Assembly (NCBI GenBank): GCA_964016885.1
Contig: OZ024742.1
Span: forward strand, 6,510,001-6,574,000
Reading direction: 5' to 3'
DNA from: Eledone cirrhosa
Lineage: Eukaryota
Length of the DNA stretch: 64,000 nucleotides
Position 1 is the first letter of the stretch, and each line of letters opens with the position of its first letter. The notes beneath the pieces are model-generated. The model made no database searches. It saw only the letters and a list, made by a program, of their open reading frames with translations, and had not been told where the DNA came from. Positions 40,901 through 54,100 of this stretch are shown piece by piece. Made by a program: the position numbers and the translations under genes.

Positions 40901-43900
40901 GTAGTTAGAGGGTTAACCAGAGCAGTTTAGTGATATATAACATAGTCCCTTGCCCTAGTAGTTAGAGGGTTAACCAGAGCAGTTTAGTGATCTATAACAT
41001 AGTTCCTTACCCTAGTAGTTAGAGGGTTAACCAGAGCAGTTTAGTGATCAATGACACAGTTCCTTACCCTAGTAGTTAGAGGTTTAACCAGAGCAGTTTA
41101 GTGATCTATAACATAGTTTGTTAGACTAGTATCTAGAGGGTTAACCAGAGCAGTTTTGTGATCTATAACATAGTCTCTTACCCTAGTAGTTAGAGGGTTA
41201 ACCAGAGCAGTTTAGTGATCTATAACATAGTTTCTTACCCTAGTAGTTAGAGGGTTAACCAGAGCAGTTTAGTGATATATAACATAGTTTCTTACCCTAG
41301 TAGTTAGAGGGTTAACCAGAGCAGTTTAGTGATCTATAACATAGTTTCTTAGACTAGTAGTTAGAGGGTTAACAAGAGCAGTTTAGTCATATATAACATA
41401 GTTCCTTACCCTAGTAGTTAGAGGGTTAACCAGAGGAGTTTAGTGATATATAAGATAGTTCCTTACCCTAGTAGTTAGAGGGTTAACCAGAGCAGTTTAG
41501 TGATATATAACATAGTCCCTTACCCTAGTAGTTAGAGGCTTAACCAGAGCAATTTAGTGATCTATAACATAGTTTCTTACCCTAGTAGTTAATGGGTTAA
41601 CCAGAGCAGTTTAGTGATATATAACATAGTCCCTTACCCTAGTACTTAGCGGGTTAACCAGAGCAGTTTAGTGATGTATAACATAGTTTGTTAGACTAGT
41701 AGCTAGAGGGTTAATCAGAGCAGCTTAGTGATCTATAACATAGTTTCTTAGCCTAGTAGTTAGAGGGTTAACCAGAGCAGTTTAGTGATCTATAACATAG
41801 TTTCTTAGCCTAGTAGTTAGAGGGTTAACCAGAGCAGTTTAGTGATCTATAACTTAGTTGTTACCCTAGTAGCTAGAGCGTTAACCAGAGCAGTTTAGTG
41901 ATATATAACATAGTCCCTTACCCTAGTACTTAGCGGGTTAACCAGAGCAGTTTAGTGATGTATAACATAGTTTGTTAGACTAGTAGCTAGAGGGTTAATC
42001 AGAGCAGCTTAGTGATCTATAACATAGTTTCTTACCCTAGTAGATAGAGGGTTAACCAGAGCAGATTAGTGATCTATAACATAGTTTGTTAGACTAGTAG
42101 CTAGAGGGTTAACCAGAGCAGTTTAGTGATGTATAACTTGGTTTCTTTGCCTAGTAGTTATAGGGTTAACCAGAGCAGTTTAGTGATCTATAACATAGTT
42201 TCTTACCCAAGTAGTTAGAGGGTTAACCAGAGCAGTTTAGTGATATATAACATAGTTCCTTACCCTAGTAGTTAGAGGGTTAACCAGAGCAGTTTAGTGA
42301 TCTATAACATAGTTCCTTAACCTAGTAGTTAGAGTGTTAACTAGAGTAGTTTAGTGATCTATAACATAGTTCCTTAACATAGTAGTTAGAGGGTTAACCA
42401 GAGAAGTTTAGTGATGTATAACATAGTTCCTTACCCTAGTAATTAGAGGGTTAACCAGAGCAGTTTAGTGATCTATAACATGGTTTCTTACCCTAGTAGG
42501 TAGAGGGTTAACCAGAACTGTTTAGTGATCTATAACATAGTTCCTTACCCTAGTAGTTACAGGGTTAAGCAGAGCAGTTTAGTGATCTATAACATAGTTT
42601 CATACCCTAGTAGTTAGAGGGTTAAGCAGAGCAGTTTAGTGATATATAACATAGTTCCATACCCTAGTAGTTAGAGGGTTCACCAGAGCAGTTTAGTGAT
42701 CTATAACATGGTTTCTTACCCTAGTATTTCGAGGGTTAACCAGAGCAGTTTAGTGATCTATAACATAGTTTCTTACCCTAGTTGTTAGAGGGTTAACCAG
42801 AGCAGTTTAGTGATATATAACATAGTCCCTTACCCTAGTAGTTAGAGGGTCAACCAGAGCAGTTTAGTGATCTATAACATAGTTTCTTACCCTAGTAGTT
42901 AGAGGGTTAACCAGAGCAGTTTAGTGATATATAACATAGTTTGTTAGACTAGTAGTTAGAGGGTTAACCAGAGCAGTTTAGTGATCTATAACATGGTTTC
43001 TTACCCTAGTATTTCGAGGGTTAACCAGAGCAGTTTAGTGATCTATAACATAGTTTCTTACCCTAGTTGTTAGAGGGTTAACCAGAGCAGTTTAGTGATA
43101 TATAACATAGTCCCTTACCCTAGTAGTTAGAGGGTCAACCAGAGCAGTTTAGTGATCTATAACATAGTTTCTTACCCTAGTAGTTAGAGGGTTAACCAGA
43201 GCAGTTTAGTGATATATAACATAGTTTGTTAGACTAGTAGTTAGAGGGTTAACCAGAGCAGTTTAGTGATCTATAACATAGTTTCTTACCCTAGTAGTTA
43301 GAGGGTTAACCAGAGCAGTTTAGTCATCTATAACATAGTTTGTTAGACTAGTAGCTAGAGGGTTAAGCAGAGCAGTTTAGTGATCTATAACATAGTCTCT
43401 TACCCTAGTAGTTAGAGGGTTAACCAGAGCAGTTTAGTGATCTATAACATGGTTTCCTACCCTAGTATTTCGAGGGTTAACCAGAGCAGTTTAGTGATCT
43501 ATAACATAGTTTCTTACCCTAGTAGTTAGAGGGTTAACCAGAGCAGTTTAGTGATATATAACATAGTTCGTTACCCTAGTAGTTAGAGGGTTAACCAGAT
43601 CAGTTTAGTGATCTATAACATAGTTTCTTACCCTAGTAGTTAGAGGGTTAACCAGAGCAGTTTAGTGATATATAACATAGTCCCTTACCCTAGTAGTTAG
43701 AGGGTTAACCAGAGCAGTTTAGTGATCTATAACATAGTTTGTTAGACTAGTAGCTAGAGGGTTAACCAGAGCAGTTTAGTGATCTATAACATAGTTTCTT
43801 AGCCTAGTATTTAGAGGGTTAACCAGAGCAGTTTATTGATCTATAACATAGTTTCTTACCCTAGTATTTCGAGGGTTAACCAGAGCAGTTTAGTGATCTA

Positions 43901-46900
43901 TAACATAGTTTCTTACCCTAGTAGTTAGAGGGTTAACCAGAGCAGTTTAGTGATATATAACATAGTTTCTTACCCTAGTAGTTAGAGGGTTAACCAGAGC
44001 AGTTTAGTGATCTATAACATAGTTTGTTAGACTAGTAGCTAGAGGGTTAAGCAGAGCAGTTTAGTGATCTATAACATAGTCTCTTACCCTAGTAGTTAGA
44101 GGGTTAACCAGAGCAGTTTAGTGATCTATAACATGGTTTCTTACCCTAGTATTTCGAGGGTTAACCAGAGCAGTTTAGTGATCTATAACATAGTCTGTTA
44201 GACTAGTAGCTAGAGGGTTAACCAGAGCAGTTTAGTGATCTATAACATAGTCTCTTACCCTAGTAGATAGAGGGTTAACCAGAGCAGTTTAGTGATATAT
44301 AACATAGTCCCTTACCCTAGTAGTTATTGGGTTAACCAGAGCAGTTTAGTGATCTATAACATAGTTTCTTACCCTAGTAGTTAGAGGGTTAACCAGAGCA
44401 GTTTAGTGATATATAACATAGTCCCTTACCCTAGTAGTTAGAGGGTTCACCAGAGCAGTTTAGTGATCTATAACATAGTTTCTTACCCTAGTTGTTAGAG
44501 GGTTAACCAGAGCAGTTTAGTGATATATAACATAGTCCCTTACCCTAGTAGTTAGAGGGTCAACCAGAGCAGTTTAGTGATCTATAACATAGTTTCTTAC
44601 CCTAGTAGTTAGAGGGTTAACCAGAGCAGTTTAGTGATATATAACATAGTTTGTTAGACTAGTAGTTAGAGGGTTAACCAGAGCAGTTTAGTGATCTATA
44701 ACATAGTTTCTTACCCTAGTAGTTAGAGGGTTAACCAGAGCAGTTTAGTGATCTATAACATAGTTTGTTAGACTAGTAGCTAGAGGGTTAAGCAGAGCAG
44801 TTTAGTGATCTATAACATAGTTTCTTACCCTAGTAGTTAGAGGGTTAACCAGAGCAGTTTAGTGATATATAACATAGTCCCTTACCCTAGTAGTTAGAGG
44901 GTTAACCAGAGCAGTTTAGTGATCTATAACATAGTTTGTTAGACTAGTAGCTAGAGGGTTAACCAGAGCAGTTTAGTGATCTATAACATAGTTTCTTAGC
45001 CTAGTAGTTAGAGGGTTAACCAGAGCAGTTTATTGATCTATAACATAGTTTCTTACCCTAGTATTTCGAGGGTTAACCAGAGCAGTTTAGTGATCTATAA
45101 CATAGTTTCTTACCCTAGTAGTTAGAGGGTTAACCAGAGCAGTTTAGTGATCTATAACATAGTTTCTTACCCTAGTAGTTAGAGGGTTAACCAGAGCAGT
45201 TTAGTGATATATAACATAGTTTCTTACCCTAGTAGTTAGAGGGTTAACCAGAGCAGTTTAGTGATTTATAACATAGTTTGTTAGACTAGTAGCTAGAGGG
45301 TTAAGCAGAGCAGTTTAGTGATCTATAACATAGTCTCTTACCCTAGTAGTTAGAGGGTTAACCAGAGCAGTTTAGTGATCTATGACATGGTTTCTTACCC
45401 TAGTATTTCGAGGGTTAACCAGAGCAGTTTAGTGATATATAACATAGTCCCTTACCCTAATAGTTAGAGGGTTAACCAGAGCAGTTTAGTGATCAATGAC
45501 ACATTTCCTTACCCTAGTAGTTAGAGGGTTAACCAGAGCAGTTTAGTGATGTATAACATAGTTCCTTACCCTAGTAATTAGAGGATTAACCAGAGCAGTT
45601 TAGTGATCTATAACATGGTTTCTTACCCTAGTAGGTAGAGGGTTAACCAGAACTGTTTAGTGATCTATAACATAGTTTCTTACCCTAGTAGTTAGAGGGT
45701 TAACCAGAGCAGTTTAGTGATCTATAACATGGTTTCGTACCCTAGTATTTCGAGGGTTAACCAGAGCAGTTTAGTGATCAATAACATAGTTTGTTAGACT
45801 AGTAGCTAGAGGGTTAACCAGAGCAGTTTAGTGATGTATAACTTGGTTTCTTTGCCTAGTAGTTATAGGGTAACCAGAGCAGTTTAGTGATCTATAACAT
45901 AGTTTCTTACCCAAGTAGTTAGAGGGTTAACCAGAGCAGTTTAGTGATATATAACATAGTTCCTTACCCTAGTAGTTAGAGGGTTAACCAGAGCAGTTTA
46001 GTGATCTATAACATAGTTCCTTAACCTAGTAGTTAGAGGGTTAACTAGAGCAGTTTAGTGATCTATAACATAGTTCCTTAACCTAGTAGTTAGAGGGTTA
46101 ACCAGAGAAGTTTAGTGATGTATAACATAGTTCCTTACCCTAGTAATTAGAGGGTTAACCAGAGCAGTTTAGTGATATATAACATAGTCCCTTACCCTAG
46201 TAGTTACAGGGTTACCCCGTGCAGTTTAGTGATATATAATATAGTTCCTTACCCTAGTAGTTAGAGGGTTAAGCAGAGCAGTTTAGTGATTTATAACATA
46301 GTTTCATACCCTAGTAGTTAGAGGGTTAAGCAGAGCAGTTTAGTGATATATAACATAGATCCTTACCCTAGTAGTTAGAGGGTTAAGCAGAGCAGTTTAG
46401 TGATATATAAATAGTTCCTTACCCTAGTAGTTAGAGGGTTAACCAGTACAGTTTAGTGATCTATAACATAGTTTCTTAGACTAGTAGTTAGAGGGTTAAC
46501 AAGAGCAGTTTAGTCATATATAACATAGTTCCTTACCCTAGTAGTTAGAGGGTTAACCAGAGGAGTTTAGTGATATATAAGATAGTTCCTTACCCTAGTA
46601 GTTAGAGGGTTAACCAGAGCAGTTTAGTGATATATAACATAGTCCCTTACCCTAGTAGTTAGAGGGTTAACCAGAGCAGTTTAGTGATATATAAGATAGT
46701 TCCTTACCCTAGTAGTTAGAGGGTTAACCAGAGCAGTTTAGTGATCAATGACACAGTTCCTTACCCTAGTAGTTAGAGGTTTAACCAGAGCAGTTTAGTG
46801 ATCTATAACATAGTTTGTTAGACTAGTAGCTAGAGGGTTAACCAGAGCAGTTTAGTGATCTATAACATAGTCTCTTACCCTAGTAGATAGAGGGTTAACC

Positions 46901-49900
46901 AGAGCAGTTTAGTGATCTATAACATGGTTTCTTACCCTAGTATTTCGAGGGTTAACCAGAGCAGTTTAGTGATATATAACATAGTTTCTTACCCTAGTAG
47001 TTAGAGGGTTAACCAGAGCAGTTTAGTGATATATAACATAGTCCCTTACCCTAGTAGTTAGAGGCTTAACCAGAGCAATTTAGTGATCTATAACATAGTT
47101 TCTTACCCTAGTAGTTAATGGGTTAACCAGAGCAGTTTAGTGATATATAACATAGTCCCTTACCCTAGTACTTAGCGGGTTATCCAGAGCAGTTTAGTGA
47201 TGTATAACATAGTTTGTTAGACTAGTAGCTAGAGGGTTAATCAGAGCAGCTTAGTGATCTATAACATAGTTTCTTAGCCTAGTAGTTAGAGGGTTAACCA
47301 GAGCAGTTTAGTGATCTATAACATAGTTTCTTAGCCTAGTAGTTAGAGGGTTAACCAGAGCAGTTTAGTGATCTATAACTTAGTTGTTACCCTAGTAGCT
47401 AGAGCGTTAACCAGAGCAGTTTAGTGATCTATAACATAGTTTCTTACCCTAGTAGATAGAGGGTTAACCAGAGCAGATTAGTGATCTATAACATAGTTTG
47501 TTAGACTAGTATCTAGAGGGTTAACCAGAGCAGTTTAGTGATGTATAACTTGGTTTCTTTGCCTAGTAGTTATAGGGTTAACCAGAGCAGTTTAGTGATC
47601 TATAACATAGTTTCTTACCCAAGTAGTTAGAGGGTTAACCAGAGCAGTTTAGTGATATATAACATAGTTCCTTACCCTAGTAGTTAGAGGGTTAACCAGA
47701 GCAGTTTAGTGATCTATAACATAGTTCCTTAACCTAGTAGTTAGAGGGTTAACTAGAGCAGTTTAGTGATCTATAACATAGTTCCTTAACCTAGTAGTTA
47801 GAGGGTTAACCAGAGAAGTTTAGTGATGTATAACATAGTTCCTTACCCTAGTAATTAGAGGGTTAACCAGAGCAGTTTAGTGATCTATAACATGGTTTCT
47901 TACCCTAGTAGGTAGAGGGTTAACCAGAACTGTTTAGTGATCTATAACATAGTTCCTTACCCTAGTAGTTACAGGGTTACCGCGTGCAGTTTAGTGATAT
48001 ATAATATAGTTCCTTACCCTAGTAGTTAGAGGGTTAAGCAGAGCAGTTTAGTGATCTATAACATAGTTTCATACCCTAGTAGTTAGAGGGTTAAGCAGAG
48101 CAGTTTAGTGATATATAACATAGTTCCATACCCTAGTAGTTAGAGGGTTAAGCAGAGCAGTTTAGTGATATATAACATAGTTCCTTACCCTAGTAGTTAG
48201 AGGGTTAACCAGTACAGTTTAGTGATCTATAACATAGTTTCTTAGACTAGTAGTTAGAGGGTTAACAAGAGCAGTTTAGTCATATATAACATAGTTCCTT
48301 ACCCTAGTAGTTAGAGGGTTAACCAGAGGAGTTTAGTGATATATAAGATAGTTCCTTACCCTAGTAGTTAGAGGGTTAACCAGAGCAGTTTAGTGATATA
48401 TAACATAGTCCCTTACCCTAGTAGTTAGAGGGTTAACCAGAGCAGTTTAGTGATCTATAACATAGTTCCTTACCCTAGTAGATAGAGGGTTAACCAGAGC
48501 AGTTTAGTGATCAATGACACAGTTCCTTACCCTAGTAGTTAGAGGTTTAACCAGAGCAGTTTAGTGATCTATAACATAGTTTGTTAGACTAGTATCTAGA
48601 GGGTTAACCAGAGCAGTTTTGTGATCTATAACATAGTCTCTTACCCTAGTAGTTAGAGGGTTAACCAGAGCAGTTTAGTGATCTATAACATAGTTTCTTA
48701 CCCTAGTAGTTAGAGGGTTAACCAGAGCAGTTTAGTGATATATAACATAGTTTCTTACCCTAGTAGTTAGAGGGTTAACCAGAGCAGTTTAGTGATCTAT
48801 AACATAGTTTCTTAGACTAGTAGTTAGAGGGTTAACAAGAGCAGTTTAGTCATATATAACATAGTTCCTTACCCTAGTAGTTAGAGGGTTAACCAGAGGA
48901 GTTTAGTGATATATAAGATAGTTCCTTACCCTAGTAGTTAGAGGGTTAACCAGAGCAGTTTAGTGATATATAACATAGTCCCTTACCCTAGTAGTTAGAG
49001 GGTTAACCAGAGCAGTTTAGTGATATATAAGATAGTTCCTTACCCTAGTAGTTAGAGGGTTAACCAGAGCAGTTTAGTGATCAATGACACAGTTCCTTAC
49101 CCTAGTAGTTAGAGGTTTAACCAGAGCAGTTTAGTGATCTATAACATAGTTTGTTAGACTAGTAGCTAGAGGGTTAACCAGAGCAGTTTAGTGATCTATA
49201 ACATAGTCTCTTACCCTAGTAGATAGAGGGTTAACCAGAGCAGTTTAGTGATCTATAACATGGTTTCTTACCCTAGTAGTTAGAGGGTTAACCAGAGCAG
49301 TTTAGTGATATATAACATAGTCCCTTACCCTAGTAGTTAGAGGCTTAACCAGAGCAATTTAGTGATCTATAACATAGTTTCTTACCCTAGTAGTTAATGG
49401 GTTAACCAGAGCAGTTTAGTGATATATAACATAGTCCCTTACCCTAGTACTTAGCGGGTTAACCAGAGCAGTTTAGTGATGTATAACATAGTTTGTTAGA
49501 CTAGTAGCTAGAGGGTTAATCAGAGCAGCTTAGTGATCTATAACATAGTTTCTTAGCCTAGTAGTTAGAGGGTTAACCAGAGCAGTTTAGTGATCTATAA
49601 CATAGTTTCTTAGCCTAGTATTTAGAGGGTTAACCAGAGCAGTTTAGTGATCTATAACTTAGTTGTTACCCTAGTAGCTAGAGCGTTAACCAGAGCAGTT
49701 TAGTGATATATAACATAGTCCCTTACCCTAGTACTTAGCGGGTTAACCAGAGCAGTTTAGTGATGTATAACATAGTTTGTTAGACTAGTAGCTAGAGGGT
49801 CAATCAGAGCAGCTTAGTGATCTATAACATAGTTTCTTACCCTAGTAGATAGAGGGTTAACCAGAGCAGATTAGTGATCTATAACATAGTTTGTTAGACT

Positions 49901-50920
49901 AGTAGCTAGAGGGTTAACCAGAGCAGTTTAGTGATGTATAACTTGGTTTCTTTGCCTAGTAGTTATAGGGTTAACCAGAGCAGTTTAGTGATCTATAACA
50001 TAGTTTCTTACCCAAGTAGTTAGAGGGTTAACCAGAGCAGTTTAGTGATATATAACATAGTTCCTTACCCTAGTAGTTAGAGGGTTAACCAGAGCAGTTT
50101 AGTGATCTATAACATAGTTCCTTAACCTAGTAGTTAGAGGGTTAACTAGAGCAGTTTAGTGATCTATAACATAGTTCCTTAACCTAGTAATTAGAGGGTT
50201 AACCAGAGCAGTTTAGTGATCTATAACATGGTTTCTTACCCTAGTAGGTAGAGGGTTAACCAGAACTGTTTAGTGATCTATAACATAGTTCCTTACCCTA
50301 GTAGTTACAGGGTTACCCCGTGCAGTTTAGTGATATATAATATAGTTCCTTACCCTAGTAGTTAGAGGGTTAAGCAGAGCAGTTTAGTGATCTATAACAT
50401 AGTTTCATACCCTAGTAGTTAGAGGGTTAAGCAGAGCAGTTTAGTGATATATAACATAGTTCCATACCCTAGTAGTTAGAGGGTTAAGCAGAGCAGTTTA
50501 GTGATATATAACATAGTTCCTTACCCTAGTAGTTAGAGGGTTAACCAGTACAGTTTAGTGATCTATAACATAGTTTCTTAGACTAGTAGTTAGAGGGTTA
50601 ACAAGAGCAGTTTAGTCATATATAACATAGTTCCTTACCCTAGTAGTTAGAGGGTTAACCAGAGGAGTTTAGTGATATATAAGATAGTTCCTTACCCTAG
50701 TAGTTAGAGGGTTAACCAGAGCAGTTTAGTGATATATAACATAGTCCCTTACCCTAGTAGTTAGAGGGTTAACCAGAGCAGTTTAGTGATCTATAACATA
50801 GTTCCTTACCCTAGTAGTTAGAGGGTTAACCAGAGCAGTTTAGTGATCAATGACACAGTTCCTTACCCTAGTAGTTAGAGGTTTAACCAGAGCAGTTTAG
50901 TGATCTATAACATAGTTTCT
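25940..50920. repeat. Three dispersed copies of a ~4.5-5.6 kb super-block (~25940-31560, ~38090-42660, ~45430-50920) plus a truncated copy (~34550-35390)
   Basis: Each copy opens with GACACATTTCC / GAGGATTAACC (26097, 34699, 38232, 45581) / TATAGGGTAACC. The full copies continue with ATATAAATAG, GAGCAATTT, TTAATGGG, GAGCGTT, CAGATTAG and CAGTTTTGTG in the same order. Confidence 0.85.
31914..38923. repeat. 62-monomer (3,533-bp) near-perfect tandem duplication
   Basis: GAGCGTTAAC (32248, 35781), ATAACCTGG (32391, 35924), AAGTAGTTTC (32451, 35984), CTTACCGTAG (34341, 37874) and CAGCGCAG (34538, 38071) all recur at offset 3533 = 62x57-1. Confidence 0.95.
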
Positions 50921-51139
50921 AAGACTAGTAGTTAGAGGGTTAACAAGAGCAGTTTAGTCATATATAACATAGTTCCTTACCCTAGTAGTTAGAGGGTTAA
51001 CCAGAGCAGTTTAGTGATATATAACATAGTCCCTTACCCTAGTAGTTAGAGGGTCAACCAGAGCAGTTTAGTGATCTATAACATAGTTTCTTACCCTAGT
51101 AGTTAGAGGGTTAACCAGAGCAGTTTAGTGATATATAAC

Positions 51140-54100
51140 ATAGTTTGTTAGACTAGTAGCTAGAGGGTTAAGCAGAGCAGTTTAGTGATCTATAACATAG
51201 TCTCTTACCCTAGTAGTTAGAGGGTTAACCAGAGCAGTTTAGTGATCTATAACATGGTTTCCTACCCTAGTATTTAGAGGGTTAACCAGAGCAGTTTAGT
51301 GATCTATAACATAGTTTCTTACCCTAGTAGTTAGAGGGTTAACCAGAGCAGTTTAGTGATATATAACATAGTTCGTTACCCTAGTAGTTAGAGGGTTAAC
51401 CAGATCAGTTTAGTGATCTATAACATAGTTTCTTACCCTAGTAGTTAGAGGGTTAACCAGAGCAGTTTAGTGATATATAACATAGTCCCTTACCCTAGTA
51501 GTTAGAGGGTTAAACAGAGCAGTTTAGTGATCTATAACATAGTTTGTTAGACTAGTAGCTAGAGGGTTAACCAGAGCAGTTTAGTGATCTATAACATAGT
51601 TTCTTACCCTAGTTGTTAGAGGGTTAACCAGAGCAGTTTAGTGATATATAACATAGTCCCTTACCCTAGTAGTTAGAGGGTCAACCAGAGCAGTTTAGTG
51701 ATCTATAACATAGTTTCTTACCCTAGTAGTTAGAGGGTTAACCAGAGCAGTTTAGTGATATATAACATAGTTTGTTAGACTAGTAGTTAGAGGGTTAACC
51801 AGAGCAGTTTAGTGATCTATAACATAGTTTCTTACCCTAGTAGTTAGAGGGTTAACCAGAGCAGTTTAGTGATCTATAACATAGTTTGTTAGACTAGTAG
51901 CTAGAGGGTTAAGCAGAGCAGTTTAGTGATCTATAACATAGTTTCTTACCCTAGTAGTTAGAGGGTTAACCAGAGCAGTTTAGTGATATATAACATAGTT
52001 CGTTACCCTAGTAGTTAGAGGGTTAACCAGAGCAGTTTAGTGATCTATAACATAGTTTCTTACCCTAGTAGTTAGAGGGTTAACCAGAGCAGTTTAGTGA
52101 TATATAACATAGTCCCTTACCCTAGTAGTTAGAGGGTTAACCAGAGCAGTTTAGTGATCTATAACATAGTTTGTTAGACTAATAGCTAGAGGGTTAACCA
52201 GAGAAGTTTAGTGATCTATAACATAGTTTCTTAGCCTAGTAGTTAGAGGGTTAACCAGAGCAGTTTATTGATCTATAACATAGTTTCTTACCCTAGTATT
52301 TCGAGGGTTAACCAGAGCAGTTTAGTGATCTATAACATAGTTTCTTACCCTAGTAGTTAGAGGGTTAACCAGAGCAGTTTAGTGATCTATAACATAGTTT
52401 CTTACCCTAGTAGTTAGAGGGTTAACCAGAGCAGTTTAGTGATATATAACATAGTTTCTTACCCTAGTAGTTAGAGGGTTAACCAGAGCAGTTTAGTGAT
52501 TTATAACATTAGTTTGTTAGACTAGTAGCTAGAGGGTTAAGCAGAGCAGTTTAGTGATCTATAACATAGTCTCTTACCCTAGTAGTTAGAGGGTTAACCA
52601 GAGCAGTTTAGTGATCTATGACATGGTTTCTTACCCTAGTATTTCGAGGGTTAACCAGAGCAGTTTAGTGATCTATAACATAGTCTGTTAGAATAGTAGC
52701 TAGAGGGTTAACCAGAGCAGTTTAGTGATCTATAACATAGTCCCTTACCCTAGTAGTTAGAGGGTTAACCAGAGCAGTTTAGTGATCTATAACATAGTTT
52801 CTTACCCTAGTAGTTAGAGGGTTAACCAGAGCAGTTTAGTGATATATAACATAGTTTGTTACCCTAGTAGTTAGAGGGTTAACCAGAGCAGTTTAGTGAT
52901 TTATAACATAGTCCCTTACGCTAGTAGTTAGAGGGTTAACCAGAGCTGTTTAGTGATCTATAACATAGTTTCTTACCCTAGTAGTTAGAGTGTTAACCAG
53001 AGCAGTTTAGTGATATATAACATAGTTTGTTAGACTAGTAGTTAGAGGGTTAACCAGAGCAGTTTAGTGATCTATAACATAGTCCCTTACCCTAGTATTT
53101 CGAGGGTTAACCAGAGCAGTTTAGTGATATATAACATAGTTTGTTAGACTAGTAGTTAGAGGGTTTACCAGAGCAGTTTAGTGATCTATAACATAGTTTC
53201 TTACCCTAGTAGTTAGAGGGTTAACCAGAGCAGTTTAGTGATCTATAACATAGTTTGTTAGACTAGTAGCTAGAGGGATAAGCAGAGCAGTTTAGTGATC
53301 TATAACATAGTCTCTTACCCTAGTAGTTAGAGGGTTAACCAGAGCAGTTTAGTGATCTATAACATAGTTTGTTAGACTAGTAGCTAGAGGGTTAACCAGA
53401 GCAGTTTAGTGATCTATAACATAGTCTCTTACCCTAGTAGATAGAGGGTTAACCAGAGCAGTTTAGTGATATATAACATAGTCCCTTACCCTAGTAGTTA
53501 GAGGGTTAACCAGAGCAGTTTAGTGATCTATAACATGGTTTCTTACCCTAGTATTTCGAGGGTTAACCAGAGCAGTTTAGTGATCTATAACATAGTTTCT
53601 TACCCTAGTAGTTAGAGGCTTAACTAGAGCAGTTTAGTGATATATAACATAGTACCTTACCCTAGTAGTTAGAGGGTTAACCAGAGCAGTTTAGGGATAT
53701 ATAACATAGTTTGTTAGACTAGTAGTTAGAGGGTTAACCAGAGCAGTTTAGTGATCTATAACATAGTCCCTTACCCTAGTATTTCGAGTGTTAACCAGAG
53801 CAGTTTAGTGATCTATAACATAGTTTGTTAGACTAGTAGTTAGAGGGTTAACCAGAGCAGTTTAGTGATCTATAACATAGTTTGTTAGACTAGTAGTTAG
53901 AGGGTTAACCAGAGCAGTTTAGTGATCTATAACATAGTTTCTTAGCCTAGTAGTTAGAGGGTTAAGCAGAGCAGTTTAGTGATCTATAAAATAGTCTCTC
54001 ACCCTAGTAGTTAGAGGGTTAACCAGAGCAGTTTAGTGATCTATAACATGGTTTCTTACCCTAGTATTTCGAGGGTTAACCAGAGCAGTTTAGTGATCTA

